Source of the DNA: Minisyncoccota bacterium
Lineage (GTDB): Bacteria > Patescibacteriota > Minisyncoccia > Phycocordibacterales > Phycocordibacteraceae
Length of the DNA: 54,342 nucleotides
Reading direction: 5' to 3'
NCBI GenBank assembly: GCA_041674945.1
Contig: JBAYUT010000001.1
Span: 1 to 54,342 of the forward strand
Position numbers and translations under genes: made by a program. Shown piece after piece: positions 20,752 to 29,656 of this stretch. Within the stretch, counting starts at the first letter, position 1; each line of letters begins with the position of its first letter. A model generated the notes under the pieces. The model was not told where the DNA came from, ran no database searches, and saw only the letters and a list, made by a program, of their open reading frames with translations.

Positions 20752-21705
20752 ATGGAAGCCAGGCACGACAGCGTCTTGATGAAGGAGACCCTCGAGGCAC
20801 TCAAGGTGCAGCCGAGCGATACGGTCGTGGACGCAACGCTCGGCGGGGCAGGGCACTTCGCCGCTCTGCTCGCCGAGCTTGGCGCAGGTGGCGTGATGGT
20901 GGGCATTGACGCCGACTCGGCCGCGGTTGAGCGAGCACGCGAGGCCTATGCGCTCGACCGCAGGCCCGACCGCCCTGCTGCACATCTCATCAATGACAAC
21001 TTCCGCAACGTCGCACACATCCTTGAACGCCTCGGCATCGGCTCAGTCGACGCGATACTCTTCGACCTTGGGTGGAGCGGATATCAGATTGCCTCACCAC
21101 GCGGCTTCTCCTTCCAGGCCGACGAACCACTTCTCATGAGCTATAGCGAGGGGGGAGAGACCGCAGCAGATATCGTGAACTCCTCGTCCGAAGAGGACCT
21201 GGCGAACCTTATCTTCACCTACGGGGAGGAGACCTTCTCGCGCGGCATTGCGCGCGCCATCGTGGCCGCACGTGCCGAGGCACGCATCCTCACCACGGGA
21301 GCGCTCGTCAACGCCGTGCTGCAGGGCACACCCTCCTGGTACCACAAGCGCAAGACCCACCCAGCCACCAAGACGTTCCAGGCGCTGCGCATTGCCGTTA
21401 ACGACGAGATTGGCAGCCTGCACGAGGGTCTTGCGGCCGCTCTCTCCGTGCTTGCGCCAGACGGCCGCCTCGCTGTGATTACCTTCCACAGCATCGAGGA
21501 TCGGATTGTGAAGAACCTCCTCCGCGATGCGGTGGAGACGGGTCTTGGCGCGCTCACTCCTAAGAAGGCGATCGCACCAGGCCGCGCCGAGCTGCTTGCG
21601 AATCGTCGCGCGCGCAGCGCCAAGCTCCGCGTGTTTACGCGGGCAGCAGCACGCACGCTGCCAGAAACAATTAATGCACTAACCAATTCTTTGACCTATG
21701 TATAA
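20752..21705 (+). CDS. rsmH: 16S rRNA (cytosine1402-N4)-methyltransferase
   Basis: DATLGGAGH and DLGWSGYQI motifs. Lies directly after mraZ. Confidence 0.95.
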   Translation: MEARHDSVLMKETLEALKVQPSDTVVDATLGGAGHFAALLAELGAGGVMVGIDADSAAVERAREAYALDRRPDRPAAHLINDNFRNVAHILERLGIGSVDAILFDLGWSGYQIASPRGFSFQADEPLLMSYSEGGETAADIVNSSSEEDLANLIFTYGEETFSRGIARAIVAARAEARILTTGALVNAVLQGTPSWYHKRKTHPATKTFQALRIAVNDEIGSLHEGLAAALSVLAPDGRLAVITFHSIEDRIVKNLLRDAVETGLGALTPKKAIAPGRAELLANRRARSAKLRVFTRAAARTLPETINALTNSLTYV

Positions 21706-21991
21706 GCACCCACTCATGTTTAAGTACTCGGCCGTCGCACTTGGATACGGCATGGTCGCGACGCTTGCGGTGATATACATTGGTCTCATTGCGGTGGTGG
21801 TGAGCTACGCGGCGCTCACCGTGGAGTACTCGCAGTCGGTCCGTAACGACGAGGCAGCGGTCGCCCAGCTCGAGGCGCGCTATCTGGCGACCGTCTCCAA
21901 GATTACGAAGACCGACTACGCGAGCGCGGGCTACGCAAAGCCGGTCGCCAAGACCTTTGTTGCCACTCAGAGCGCGACGGCCCTCCGCTAA
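21698..21991 (+). CDS. FtsL-like small bitopic cell division protein
   Basis: 97 aa with a single TM helix. Sits between rsmH and ftsI. Confidence 0.6.
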   Translation: MYKHPLMFKYSAVALGYGMVATLAVIYIGLIAVVVSYAALTVEYSQSVRNDEAAVAQLEARYLATVSKITKTDYASAGYAKPVAKTFVATQSATALR

Positions 21992-21997
21992 GGAATC

Positions 21998-23752
21998 ATG
22001 CGGGCCCAGTTTCGCACTCGCATCCGCATCGTGCTCGTCGGTATCGTCCTGGTGGCGGTGCTTATCGTGGTGCGACTCTATTTCATACAGATAGTCTACG
22101 GGCAGGACTACTCAGACAAGGCCGATCGGCAGTTCGCCTCGGGCAGTAGCGGGCTATTTGATCGCGGCTCGATCTACTTCACCCGCAAGGACGGCACGCT
22201 CATCTCTGCAGCCACGCTTGTCACCGGATTTCTCGTTGCCATCAATCCTCAGACCTTGCGCGACCCAGAAGGGGTGTATCGAGAAATAGCCCCACTCTCC
22301 TCGACCACCCTGTCCCACGATGCGTTTCTTGCGGCCGCAAAGAAGAAGGGCCAGGTCTACATCGAGGTGGCGCACCGCCTCTCCGCAGAAGACGGCCAGG
22401 CCCTGGCAGCCAAGGAGCTGCCCGGCGTCCAAGTACTCAAACAGCGCTGGCGCTACTACCCAGGTGGTACGCTCGCCTCGCAATCCATCGGTATTGTGAG
22501 CTACGGCTCGGGCGACACCCTCTCGGGCAGGACCGGTCTTGAGAAGGTGTACGATGAGACCCTTTCTCGTTCAGGCGACTCGCTCTATAAGAATTTCTTC
22601 GCACAACTCTTTTCAAACATAGGCGATCTGCTCGTAAACTCCCGCGACGCGCACGAGGGCGACATCATCACCACCATTGAGCCTGAGGTGCAGACTCGTC
22701 TTGCCGACAATCTCGCAAAGGTCAATCAAAAGTACTCAAGCAAGGAATCCGGCGGCATCATCATGGACCCCGCCACGGGCGCTATCATCGCTATTGCGAG
22801 CTTTCCCACCTACGACGCCAACCACTTAAAGAGCGTTAACCCGGCCCTACTGAATAATCCCCTCGTTGAGCGCGTCCACGAGTTTGGCTCTATCGTCAAG
22901 CCGCTCACCATGGCGTCCGGCCTCGACGCTGGCGTTATCACGCCGCAGAGTACCTACAATGATACCGGGTGTATCACCGTCAACAAGGCGACTATTTGTA
23001 ACTGGGACCTGAAGGCGCGAGGCGTGATCCCCATGAAGGAAGTGATCATGCAGTCACTGAACATGGGCGTCGCGTGGATCGCGGGCCAGCTCGGGCAGGA
23101 GCAGTTTCGCACGTACTTCACCAAGCTGCTCAGCGAGAAGACGGGCGTCGATCTCCCGAGCGAAGGGCGCTCGCTCATGAGCAACCTGCAGAAGCCCCAG
23201 CAGATCGGCTATAGTACCGCCTCATTTGGGCAAGGCATTGCTGTGAATGCCGTGCAGATGATCCGCGCCGAAGGCGCGCTCGCCAATGGCGGCGTCATGG
23301 TCGTGCCACACCTCGCCCGGGCCGTCCGCCTCAACACGGGTATCGAGCGCCCCATCGATTGGGACAAGAAGGTGCGCGTGTTCTCGCCTGAGGCGGCCCG
23401 CGCCACCGCCGCAATGATGACCGAGATGGTCGACGTCAAGCTCGATAACGGCAAGGCCAAGATCCCCACCATGTCGGTCGCCGCCAAGACGGGTACGGCC
23501 CAGCTCACCGACGGGGAAGGGGGCTACTACAAGGACCGCTACTTCCACTCCTTCGTAGGCTTCTTTCCATCGTACGCGCCACGCTTTATAATCCTTCTCT
23601 ACACCAATGACCCGCGTGGTGTACAGTACGCCTCAGAGACGCTCGACCAGAGCTTCCTCGACCTCGTCCACTTCCTTATCGAGTACTATGAGGTACCGCC
23701 AGACCGTGGCGTCCCCACACAAGCAGGAGCCGTAACCACCCCCACACCATGA
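21998..23752 (+). CDS. ftsI: penicillin-binding protein 2/FtsI-type transpeptidase
   Basis: N-terminal TM anchor, then the SxxK (SIVKP), SxN (SLN) and KTG (KTGTA) motifs. Confidence 0.9.
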   Translation: MRAQFRTRIRIVLVGIVLVAVLIVVRLYFIQIVYGQDYSDKADRQFASGSSGLFDRGSIYFTRKDGTLISAATLVTGFLVAINPQTLRDPEGVYREIAPLSSTTLSHDAFLAAAKKKGQVYIEVAHRLSAEDGQALAAKELPGVQVLKQRWRYYPGGTLASQSIGIVSYGSGDTLSGRTGLEKVYDETLSRSGDSLYKNFFAQLFSNIGDLLVNSRDAHEGDIITTIEPEVQTRLADNLAKVNQKYSSKESGGIIMDPATGAIIAIASFPTYDANHLKSVNPALLNNPLVERVHEFGSIVKPLTMASGLDAGVITPQSTYNDTGCITVNKATICNWDLKARGVIPMKEVIMQSLNMGVAWIAGQLGQEQFRTYFTKLLSEKTGVDLPSEGRSLMSNLQKPQQIGYSTASFGQGIAVNAVQMIRAEGALANGGVMVVPHLARAVRLNTGIERPIDWDKKVRVFSPEAARATAAMMTEMVDVKLDNGKAKIPTMSVAAKTGTAQLTDGEGGYYKDRYFHSFVGFFPSYAPRFIILLYTNDPRGVQYASETLDQSFLDLVHFLIEYYEVPPDRGVPTQAGAVTTPTP

Positions 23753-25023
23753 AAGACCTACTCAAAGCTATTGTCGCCTTCTTCCTCGGACTTTTTGCTC
23801 GCGCCGTATTGCACAAATATCGCCCCACGATTGTCATGATCACTGGCTCGGTGGGTAAGACCTCTACCAAGGACGCTGTAGGCGAGGTGCTCACCGCGCG
23901 CTTCTTGGTGCGCAAGAGCGACAAAAGCTTCAACAGCGAGTTTGGCGTACCCTTTACCATCTTGAATGTGGGCAACCCGTGGGGCAACCCCTTCGCCTGG
24001 TTTTCAGTACTTAAAAACGGTCTCGCCCTTCTTTTCTTACCCAATCATTATCCCAACATGCTCGTGCTTGAGACCGGCGCCGACAAGCCGGGCGACCTCG
24101 CGCGCATATTACGCATCGCCACACCCGACGCAGTGGTAGTGACCCGTCTGCCTGATATCCCGGTGCATGTCGAGGCCTACACCTCACCCGAGGCAGTACA
24201 AGAGGAGGAGTTCTCGCCAGCATACGCCCTACGAGGAGCGGCACCGCTCATCATCCCCTCCGACAAGCCACACCTGCGTGAGATGGCTGAGCGCACGCCC
24301 GCCCGCATTCTCTCCTACGGCCCAACACCCGGAGCATTTGTACACACTAGCGACGCTGGCTTTTATCAGAATGAGGAGGGTGCCGTCGAGGGCATGACTG
24401 CCCGCGTAACCGTCGGCGGCGAGGAGGGGACGATTATCGTGCGCGGCTCGGTGGGTGCGGTACAGATACTGCCCATTGCAGCAGCACTCGCCACTGCCCA
24501 GGCTTTTGACATATCGCTTACGGACGCACTCAGAACGCTCGAGTCCTATGTGCCACCGCCGGGTCGTGGCCGCCTCCTGAGAGGAAAGCACGGCAGCACG
24601 CTTATCGACGACACCTACAACTCCTCTCCAGTGGCTGTTGAGGAGGCGCTCGCCACGCTCAAGAGCTTCCCCGGGGCAAAGCGGCGTATCGCCGTGCTCG
24701 GCGACATGCTCGAGCTCGGCCGCTACTCGGTACAAGAGCATGAGCGCATCGCGACGCTCGCGCGAGAATCGGTAGATCTAGTGGTGGCCGTAGGCATCCG
24801 CTCACGAGTATTTGCGCATGCTAAAGGGAAGGCGCCCGTGACACTCTTCGACGATGCACACATCGCCGCGCGCGAACTCATCGACCTCATACAGCCAGGT
24901 GATGTTGTGGTTATAAAGGGCTCACAGTCTATCCGCATGGAGCGCGTCGTCGAGGCATTGCTCGCCGACTCGGCCGACTCTGCAAAGCTAGTACGACAGG
25001 AGCAGCAGTGGAAGAAGCGGTAA
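23749..25023 (+). CDS. murF: UDP-N-acetylmuramoyl-tripeptide--D-alanyl-D-alanine ligase
   Basis: ITGSVGKTSTK P-loop and DDTYNSSP. ATGA overlap with ftsI. Confidence 0.88.
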   Translation: MKDLLKAIVAFFLGLFARAVLHKYRPTIVMITGSVGKTSTKDAVGEVLTARFLVRKSDKSFNSEFGVPFTILNVGNPWGNPFAWFSVLKNGLALLFLPNHYPNMLVLETGADKPGDLARILRIATPDAVVVTRLPDIPVHVEAYTSPEAVQEEEFSPAYALRGAAPLIIPSDKPHLREMAERTPARILSYGPTPGAFVHTSDAGFYQNEEGAVEGMTARVTVGGEEGTIIVRGSVGAVQILPIAAALATAQAFDISLTDALRTLESYVPPPGRGRLLRGKHGSTLIDDTYNSSPVAVEEALATLKSFPGAKRRIAVLGDMLELGRYSVQEHERIATLARESVDLVVAVGIRSRVFAHAKGKAPVTLFDDAHIAARELIDLIQPGDVVVIKGSQSIRMERVVEALLADSADSAKLVRQEQQWKKR

Positions 25024-25027
25024 TCCG

Positions 25028-25330
25028 CTACGGATACATTGTATTCTTGAGCGCCTCAAGCTCGGCGATAACGTTCTCGTCGGTGACTTTTTGAAAACGC
25101 GGAGACGTAGTGTCGCCCTTGGCGACCTCCTCCAGAAACATCTCAAGTGGGCGCGAGCAGTACTCTGCGGGCTTGAGCCAGAGGTTTATATAGAGCGGGC
25201 GGTACAGCACCACCAGTGTCTCGAGCTCGGTGTTGCGCCCGACGCCGATCACCTCATAGGTGTAATTACCCAGCGGGCCCGCTGGGTCGTGCTTGTAGTG
25301 GTAGTAGAAGCCTTTAGTGGGGAGATTCAT
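25028..25330 (-). CDS. DUF1653 domain protein
   Basis: YYHYKH...YEVIGV...VVLYRPLY...W..RPLEMF pattern. The ATG at 25330 is preferred over the longer ORF. Confidence 0.7.
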   Translation of the reverse strand: MNLPTKGFYYHYKHDPAGPLGNYTYEVIGVGRNTELETLVVLYRPLYINLWLKPAEYCSRPLEMFLEEVAKGDTTSPRFQKVTDENVIAELEALKNTMYP

Positions 25331-25408
25331 AATCTCGTTATTATATGTTAACTTTCGGGAGGATGCGAACAAAGCTGTTCTTTCTGTCTCAACCAGAGGA
25401 AGCATCTG

Positions 25409-26029
25409 ATGAAGAGAATTCTAGTCCTCGATGCCTTCACAAATGGGCACGAGGCGGCAATAGCTTTTATGAGAAGGCAGGGTTGGCTTGACGCGGAGTG
25501 CGTGCTCTTGTTTTGCGGCTCCTTCGACAAGCTGCTAGCTCGGCTTGCGCGTGAGTCGGTCTACGCCGTAGTCCCTGTGCGCAACTCCACCATCGAGGGA
25601 TCTGAGATCACGGAAGTAACCAGACCTCTCGCAGCACTTCGCGCGAAGGGTCTGCATCTCGCAGAGCTTGACCGTGTTGTTTTGCCGGTCGAGCACCATC
25701 TGCTGGTTCAGGCGTGCGTAGAGAGCGCAGCCGAGCTCGAGTGCGTCCTGACGTACCGCAGGGCTTTCGAGCAATGTCAGAGGTATCTCGACAACCTTGG
25801 CATACCGCATGATCGGCGCCTGCGTCGAAACTCCACTGCTGGAGCAGCAAAGATTGTCTCACAACTGGGAGATCAGGCAAGGTTTGCGGCGATCGCCTCG
25901 AGGCTTGCGGCAGAGGCCTACGGACTTCGAATTCTGGCCCAGGGTATCCAGGACGATCCAGACAACAAGACGACCTTTGTGCTACTCAAGCACGTAGCCA
26001 ACGGTCACTGCGAAGGGGCACGGCGTTGA
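25409..26029 (+). CDS. pheA: prephenate dehydratase domain protein without an ACT domain
   Basis: YAVVPVRNSTIEGS, VLTYRRAFEQCQRYL and NKTTFVLL match the PDT domain. The protein ends right after the catalytic domain. Confidence 0.7.
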   Translation: MKRILVLDAFTNGHEAAIAFMRRQGWLDAECVLLFCGSFDKLLARLARESVYAVVPVRNSTIEGSEITEVTRPLAALRAKGLHLAELDRVVLPVEHHLLVQACVESAAELECVLTYRRAFEQCQRYLDNLGIPHDRRLRRNSTAGAAKIVSQLGDQARFAAIASRLAAEAYGLRILAQGIQDDPDNKTTFVLLKHVANGHCEGARR

Positions 26030-26156
26030 ATACGTCGGCCCTTTTCTTTTGTGTTTGGTAGGGGACTGAAGGCGAGGCTCTTGGGCCTTAGGATGTTTTA
26101 TGGCGACGTTTCATTTCTCGAACGGAGTCTTTAAAACTAGCAACAAGAACTAAGAA

Positions 26157-26183
26157 AGCCTCGTACCGCAATGGTACGAGGCT
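26157..26183 (-). terminator. intrinsic terminator of the 26227-26832 gene
   Basis: 11-bp stem AGCCTCGTACC/GGTACGAGGCT. On the minus strand it is followed by TTCTTAGTTCTTGTT. Confidence 0.7.
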
Positions 26184-26226
26184 CCCGAGACGAAATCGGG
26201 CTGAGTCTATGCACCCGCGTAGCGCC

Positions 26227-26832
26227 CTACCACTTCGGCTCGGCATTCAATCCCTCCACCGGGCGGTATTCGGTCTCGTCGTTGAGAACGACGAAGGCCC
26301 AGGGGCCGAGCTTCAGGAGCTCCTGGTCAGGGGCCAGTCCATCTCTGACGAACTGGTCGTATAGGAGTCTCGTATCGTCCGTGATGCGCCTCCAGCGAGG
26401 TTCTTCATCCTTGCGAATATTTCCCCGGTACGCTTTCGCCCAGTCCGCCTCCTTTTTGAGACGCGCCATGGTCAGCGTGGGGCAGCCGAAGTTGCTCGTG
26501 TAGACGATGACCCTCTTGCCGATGAACCGTACCTCTCGGCCGCTCGTCTGACTGTCGTGAGACCACGTGCGCCGATCGTCCTGGATGAACTCGATGTCGA
26601 CAAGTCGGTACGCGAGCATGATCAGATCATCGCAATTCCACCCCTGGAAGTGCCGAATGACCTGCTCCTGACTCGGATTCTGTTCGACGTCCTCGGAGAG
26701 CAGCAGGTCGTGATAATAGCTTTCGGTATCCACCAGAAACCCCGGGGCCATCTGCGTGGAGTAACACGTCCAGACCCTGATGAAGCGCTGGCGGTAGCGC
26801 ACCGCCGGAATAAGTATCTCTTCAGATTTCAT
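26227..26832 (-). CDS. hypothetical protein (island gene A, 201 aa)
   Basis: AGGAGG SD 7 nt before the ATG at 26832. Promoter TTGACG (26913-26908) -N17- TATGAT (26890-26885). Has its own terminator. Confidence 0.7.
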   Translation of the reverse strand: MKSEEILIPAVRYRQRFIRVWTCYSTQMAPGFLVDTESYYHDLLLSEDVEQNPSQEQVIRHFQGWNCDDLIMLAYRLVDIEFIQDDRRTWSHDSQTSGREVRFIGKRVIVYTSNFGCPTLTMARLKKEADWAKAYRGNIRKDEEPRWRRITDDTRLLYDQFVRDGLAPDQELLKLGPWAFVVLNDETEYRPVEGLNAEPKW

Positions 26833-26940
26833 TTGCGGATCTCCTCCTGCAAATTGTGAAAGGAGAGGGATTGCTCTATCTGTAATCATACAATTTATCA
26901 AAGCTCCCGTCAACACTCGCGCGTCTCTCAGCGCGGCATT

Positions 26941-27114
26941 CCACGCTTGCTTAGGCTCACAAATGCAAAAGCCGCCTTTCGGCGGTTTGCATTTGTGACC
27001 CAATTAGTCGTAATTGAAGCCACTTATCAGAGAGCTTAATAGCTGGTTTGTATCTGGTCGCTCCCTCGAACAGGAACGCTCCTCCGTGTAGGCCTACTGC
27101 CTTTCGGGATTAGA
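26941..27114. repeat. island repeat family, copy 1
   Basis: Contains the 42-nt hairpin 26957-26998, the conserved short frame 27014-27091 (+), and ends ACTGCCTTTCGGGATTAGA. Homologous to 28411-28576. Confidence 0.85.
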
Positions 27115-27125
27115 GCTGAAAGAGG

Positions 27126-28244
27126 CTACACGTTGCCATCGACTTGACCTCGCACGAACAGATCGAATTGAACCATGTTGTACCAGTAGCCGTATGGATC
27201 TTTCCAGAAGACTACAGGGTGTGCGGCGAGAAACTCGGCATATGATGGCGCATCGGACTTTGTCATGTCGACAAGACTATACAGACACTGGTGTACGGCA
27301 CTATTCTTCTGTGAGTCAATTTCGTATACCGTAGAGTCTTTATGAGTTGTGCCGGTCTGCACAAATAACACCTCCAAAGCATGCATAGTCTTGAAGTCTT
27401 TATAGCACTGCTCTTTGGCATATAGAGCCCCGCCGTCGTATTGAGCAATGGCGGAAGACCCATCCTTCCACGCAATACCAGGGACTTCCATATGCAGTAC
27501 TTTCTCTGAAAAATCAGTTACAAGATTTGCGCCATACCAAATGCCTATCGGTGTCTGAATGACATAGGTGGGGCGCGATCCCATATATCCATATTCAACA
27601 AAGTGCTCCTCAATATCATCAGCATCGTAGTCCGGTGTGTCCGCGTCTGGACGTGCCAGGGTGCTTCCCGACACAGTAGTGGTCGGCGTAACGGGAGTGA
27701 CCTTTCCCCAATCGCTCGCATACAGATCGGTTGCCCATACTTGGAAGCGGTGACCGTTTGAATCGGTTACGTATCTCGCCTCGCTTTGTGTTCCAGGGAG
27801 GTAAAGTTGCGTCGGAAAAGTATCCGCGGGAGCCAGGGGGAGGTTTAGGAGTCCCAGGGCTTCAATGTCGCCCTTGGGTCCGCGACGCCATCCCAAGTCG
27901 CCCCACCACGCAATGGGATTCCCTCCCGCGTCACCAATAAAGTATCCGTACGTTATGCGATTCGTGCCTCGTGCGTAATAGAGGTGAGATCCGGCGTATG
28001 GGCCGGAGTGAAATGTGGCAACATCGTGGACCGCCATAATCGGTGCGGGACCATACGAAGGAGCAAAGGGCGACTTCACTGTTTTGAAAGGTTTTGAAGC
28101 ATCGATGACTCGCCACTCAATCTGTCCTGTAGAAGAGGTCTGCGGCTCTTGCGTAGTACCATTGTGCGTGCAGTAAGCTAACCCGCCCGCCACAATGAGT
28201 ACGAGTACAACAATACAGCTGTGCATCATTCTGCTGCGATTCAT
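27126..28244 (-). CDS. hypothetical membrane-anchored/secreted protein (island gene B)
   Basis: N-terminal hydrophobic anchor SCIVVLVLIVAGGLAY. TTGACA (28281-28276) -N16- TATAGA (28259-28254) lies 9 nt upstream of the ATG at 28244. The start could also be 28262. Confidence 0.7.
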   Translation of the reverse strand: MNRSRMMHSCIVVLVLIVAGGLAYCTHNGTTQEPQTSSTGQIEWRVIDASKPFKTVKSPFAPSYGPAPIMAVHDVATFHSGPYAGSHLYYARGTNRITYGYFIGDAGGNPIAWWGDLGWRRGPKGDIEALGLLNLPLAPADTFPTQLYLPGTQSEARYVTDSNGHRFQVWATDLYASDWGKVTPVTPTTTVSGSTLARPDADTPDYDADDIEEHFVEYGYMGSRPTYVIQTPIGIWYGANLVTDFSEKVLHMEVPGIAWKDGSSAIAQYDGGALYAKEQCYKDFKTMHALEVLFVQTGTTHKDSTVYEIDSQKNSAVHQCLYSLVDMTKSDAPSYAEFLAAHPVVFWKDPYGYWYNMVQFDLFVRGQVDGNV

Positions 28245-28283
28245 GTACACGTATCTATACATTACAGCCGGTATATGTCAATT

Positions 28284-28300
28284 TTGTGACCCTACCGGGA
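28284..28300. repeat. direct repeat of the tRNA-Glu 3' end (att-like)
   Basis: TTGTGACCCTACCGGGA is identical to 31256-31272, which is the last 14 nt of tRNA-Glu plus 3 flanking nt. Followed by the imperfect palindrome GGATCGCGATTACGCGTATCGATCC. Confidence 0.6.
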
Positions 28301-28410
28301 TCGCGATTACGCGTATCGATCCTTACAGGATCAGTACACCTTGTGGAGATTTTGCTTCAGGAAATCGCATAATCTGCTCACAAGGTTTTCGATTCCCGGG
28401 CGCAAAGCGT

Positions 28411-28576
28411 CCCACGCTTTGCTTAGGGTCACAAATGCAAAAGCCGCCTTTCGGCGGTTTGCATTTGTGACCCCAGTTAGTCGTAATTGGAACCAGCTTA
28501 TCATAGAGCTTAACAGCTGGCTTGTGTTCGGAAGGGATCTAGAAGGCGTCCGCAATACTGCCTTTAGGGATTAGAA
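28411..28576. repeat. island repeat family, copy 2
   Basis: Hairpin 28429-28470 is identical in stem to copy 1. Conserved frame ends at 28574. Ends ACTGCCTTTAGGGATTAGA. Confidence 0.85.
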
Positions 28577-28601
28577 ACGGCAGAGCATGTAAGAAACAGA
28601 A

Positions 28602-28629
28602 GAGGCCCGCAGCTTGCGCTACGGGCCTC
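28602..28629 (-). terminator. intrinsic terminator of island gene C
   Basis: GAGGCCCG...CGGGCCTC stem. On the minus strand it is followed by TTCTGTTTCTT. Confidence 0.7.
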
Positions 28630-28633
28630 GACC

Positions 28634-29044
28634 TCAGCAATACTTGAACCAGGCGATCGTCGCGACGACCCAGCTCAGACAGTTCGCGATCTCACTGATA
28701 GCCGACCCGCGCCTGTTGCGCTCGTTCGCGGCCTCTCTCACTGTGAAGGCGAGTTGGAGGAGGCGGAGACTGATGGTCAGGTGACCCATCAGTACCATCT
28801 CCCACGTCAGCTTCCCTTGGTGCATCACGTACATGTTGTAGGCCAACATGAGTTGTGGTAATGCCTTGAAGAAGATCGCCAGGACACCCTTCACGATCGG
28901 GTCTTTGTACGACAAGCCGCGAAGCCGGGCCGCACCAAGCGTCAGTACGATACCGACTGACGCAAGAACCGTCGTGAGCGTATCCCGCTCGTTCCACTGA
29001 CCCGTCCCTTTCCAGAACATCACGGCGAGGAAAGACGTCACCAT
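28634..29044 (-). CDS. hypothetical multi-pass membrane protein (island gene C), weak PQ-loop-like motif
   Basis: 136 aa with about 4 hydrophobic helices and ALPQLMLAYNMY. Its start overlaps the gene D stop (ATGGTGA). Confidence 0.6.
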   Translation of the reverse strand: MVTSFLAVMFWKGTGQWNERDTLTTVLASVGIVLTLGAARLRGLSYKDPIVKGVLAIFFKALPQLMLAYNMYVMHQGKLTWEMVLMGHLTISLRLLQLAFTVREAANERNRRGSAISEIANCLSWVVATIAWFKYC

Positions 29045-29286
29045 CCAAAAGACAGTCGGTAGCTCCAGATCGTTTGCCGCATGACACGGCTAGGCTGGAT
29101 CCGATCCGCCTGTTTAACGAGACGTAGGTTGATTGCCAAGAAGATGAGCCAGAACACAAGCCAGCTGACGCTGACTCCTGCTGCTGACGTCGTCATCTGG
29201 ACGAGTTGGCCGTGGGTGGACCACGCCACGAGAAAGAATTGACTCCCGAAAAGGAAGTCTGCGAGTCGTTGCTTTCGATTCGACAT
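29038..29286 (-). CDS. hypothetical small membrane protein (island gene D), weak PQ-loop/SemiSWEET-like motif
   Basis: AAGGAGG SD before the ATG at 29286. Promoter TTGACA (29385-29380) -N17- TATGAT (29362-29357). GQLVQMTTSAAGVSVSWLVFW resembles a PQ-loop. Confidence 0.6.
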   Translation of the reverse strand: MSNRKQRLADFLFGSQFFLVAWSTHGQLVQMTTSAAGVSVSWLVFWLIFLAINLRLVKQADRIQPSRVMRQTIWSYRLSFGW

Positions 29287-29383
29287 CACGCCCTCCTTTA
29301 GGGTCGGTTGAGATCTTGTTGAGGTAAAAGAGCAGAGCCACCTATGGCTCTAAGCCATCATAGCATGTTCTGGCCCGCGTGTC

Positions 29384-29510
29384 AAGTCGTTATGCTAAAA
29401 TGAGACAAAATCGGAACCAACTTATCCTGGAGCTTAATCGCCAGCTCGACTTTGGGCGCTCGCTAGAACAAGAGAGAACAGGGTCGTAATACTGCCTTTA
29501 GGGATTAGAA
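29384..29510. repeat. island repeat family, copy 3 (no hairpin)
   Basis: Shares GTCGT.A...GGAACCA.CTTATC..GAGCTTAA...ACTGCCTTTAGGGATTAGA with copies 1 and 2. Contains the 29-codon ORF 29400-29489 (+). Confidence 0.8.
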
Positions 29511-29656
29511 CTAACCGAAAGCGCATCTTTTGTAAGCCTTGACAGAACGTATGTTCTGTGTAGTATACACAACGGAAGGGGAATTCTCCCAAAACCTGGG
29601 GGATGTCCCCAAAACTGACGGATTGACAACTGAAACGCGCAAGGAGGTTCGAGGAA

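Noticed and set aside
28386-28402. Scattered TTCGATTCC-like T-loop fragments (28386-28402, 12163-12172, 31197-31206) considered as further att scars
   Set aside because: The matches are only 9-13 nt, in mixed orientations and without an adjacent acceptor-stem match. They are too short to distinguish from chance or from generic tRNA-like sequence.
28692-29159. 155-aa ORF overlapping island genes C and D in another frame
   Set aside because: It has no SD and a Gly/Arg/Asp-rich composition. The C and D frames give coherent TM helices and have an SD, a promoter and a terminator.
26941-29510. Island repeats considered as guide-RNA scaffolds (TnpB/IscB omega RNA, tracrRNA) because a conserved block ends abruptly at GGGATTAGA and is followed by unrelated sequence
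   Set aside because: No TnpB, IscB or Cas-like nuclease ORF exists in the window. I found no compensatory base changes between the copies. The substitution pattern is codon-like, not structure-like.
26941-29510. Island cassettes considered as an integron array with attC sites
   Set aside because: There is no IntI-type integrase and no GTTRRRY core sites at the repeat ends. Every cassette has its own promoter, unlike integron cassettes.
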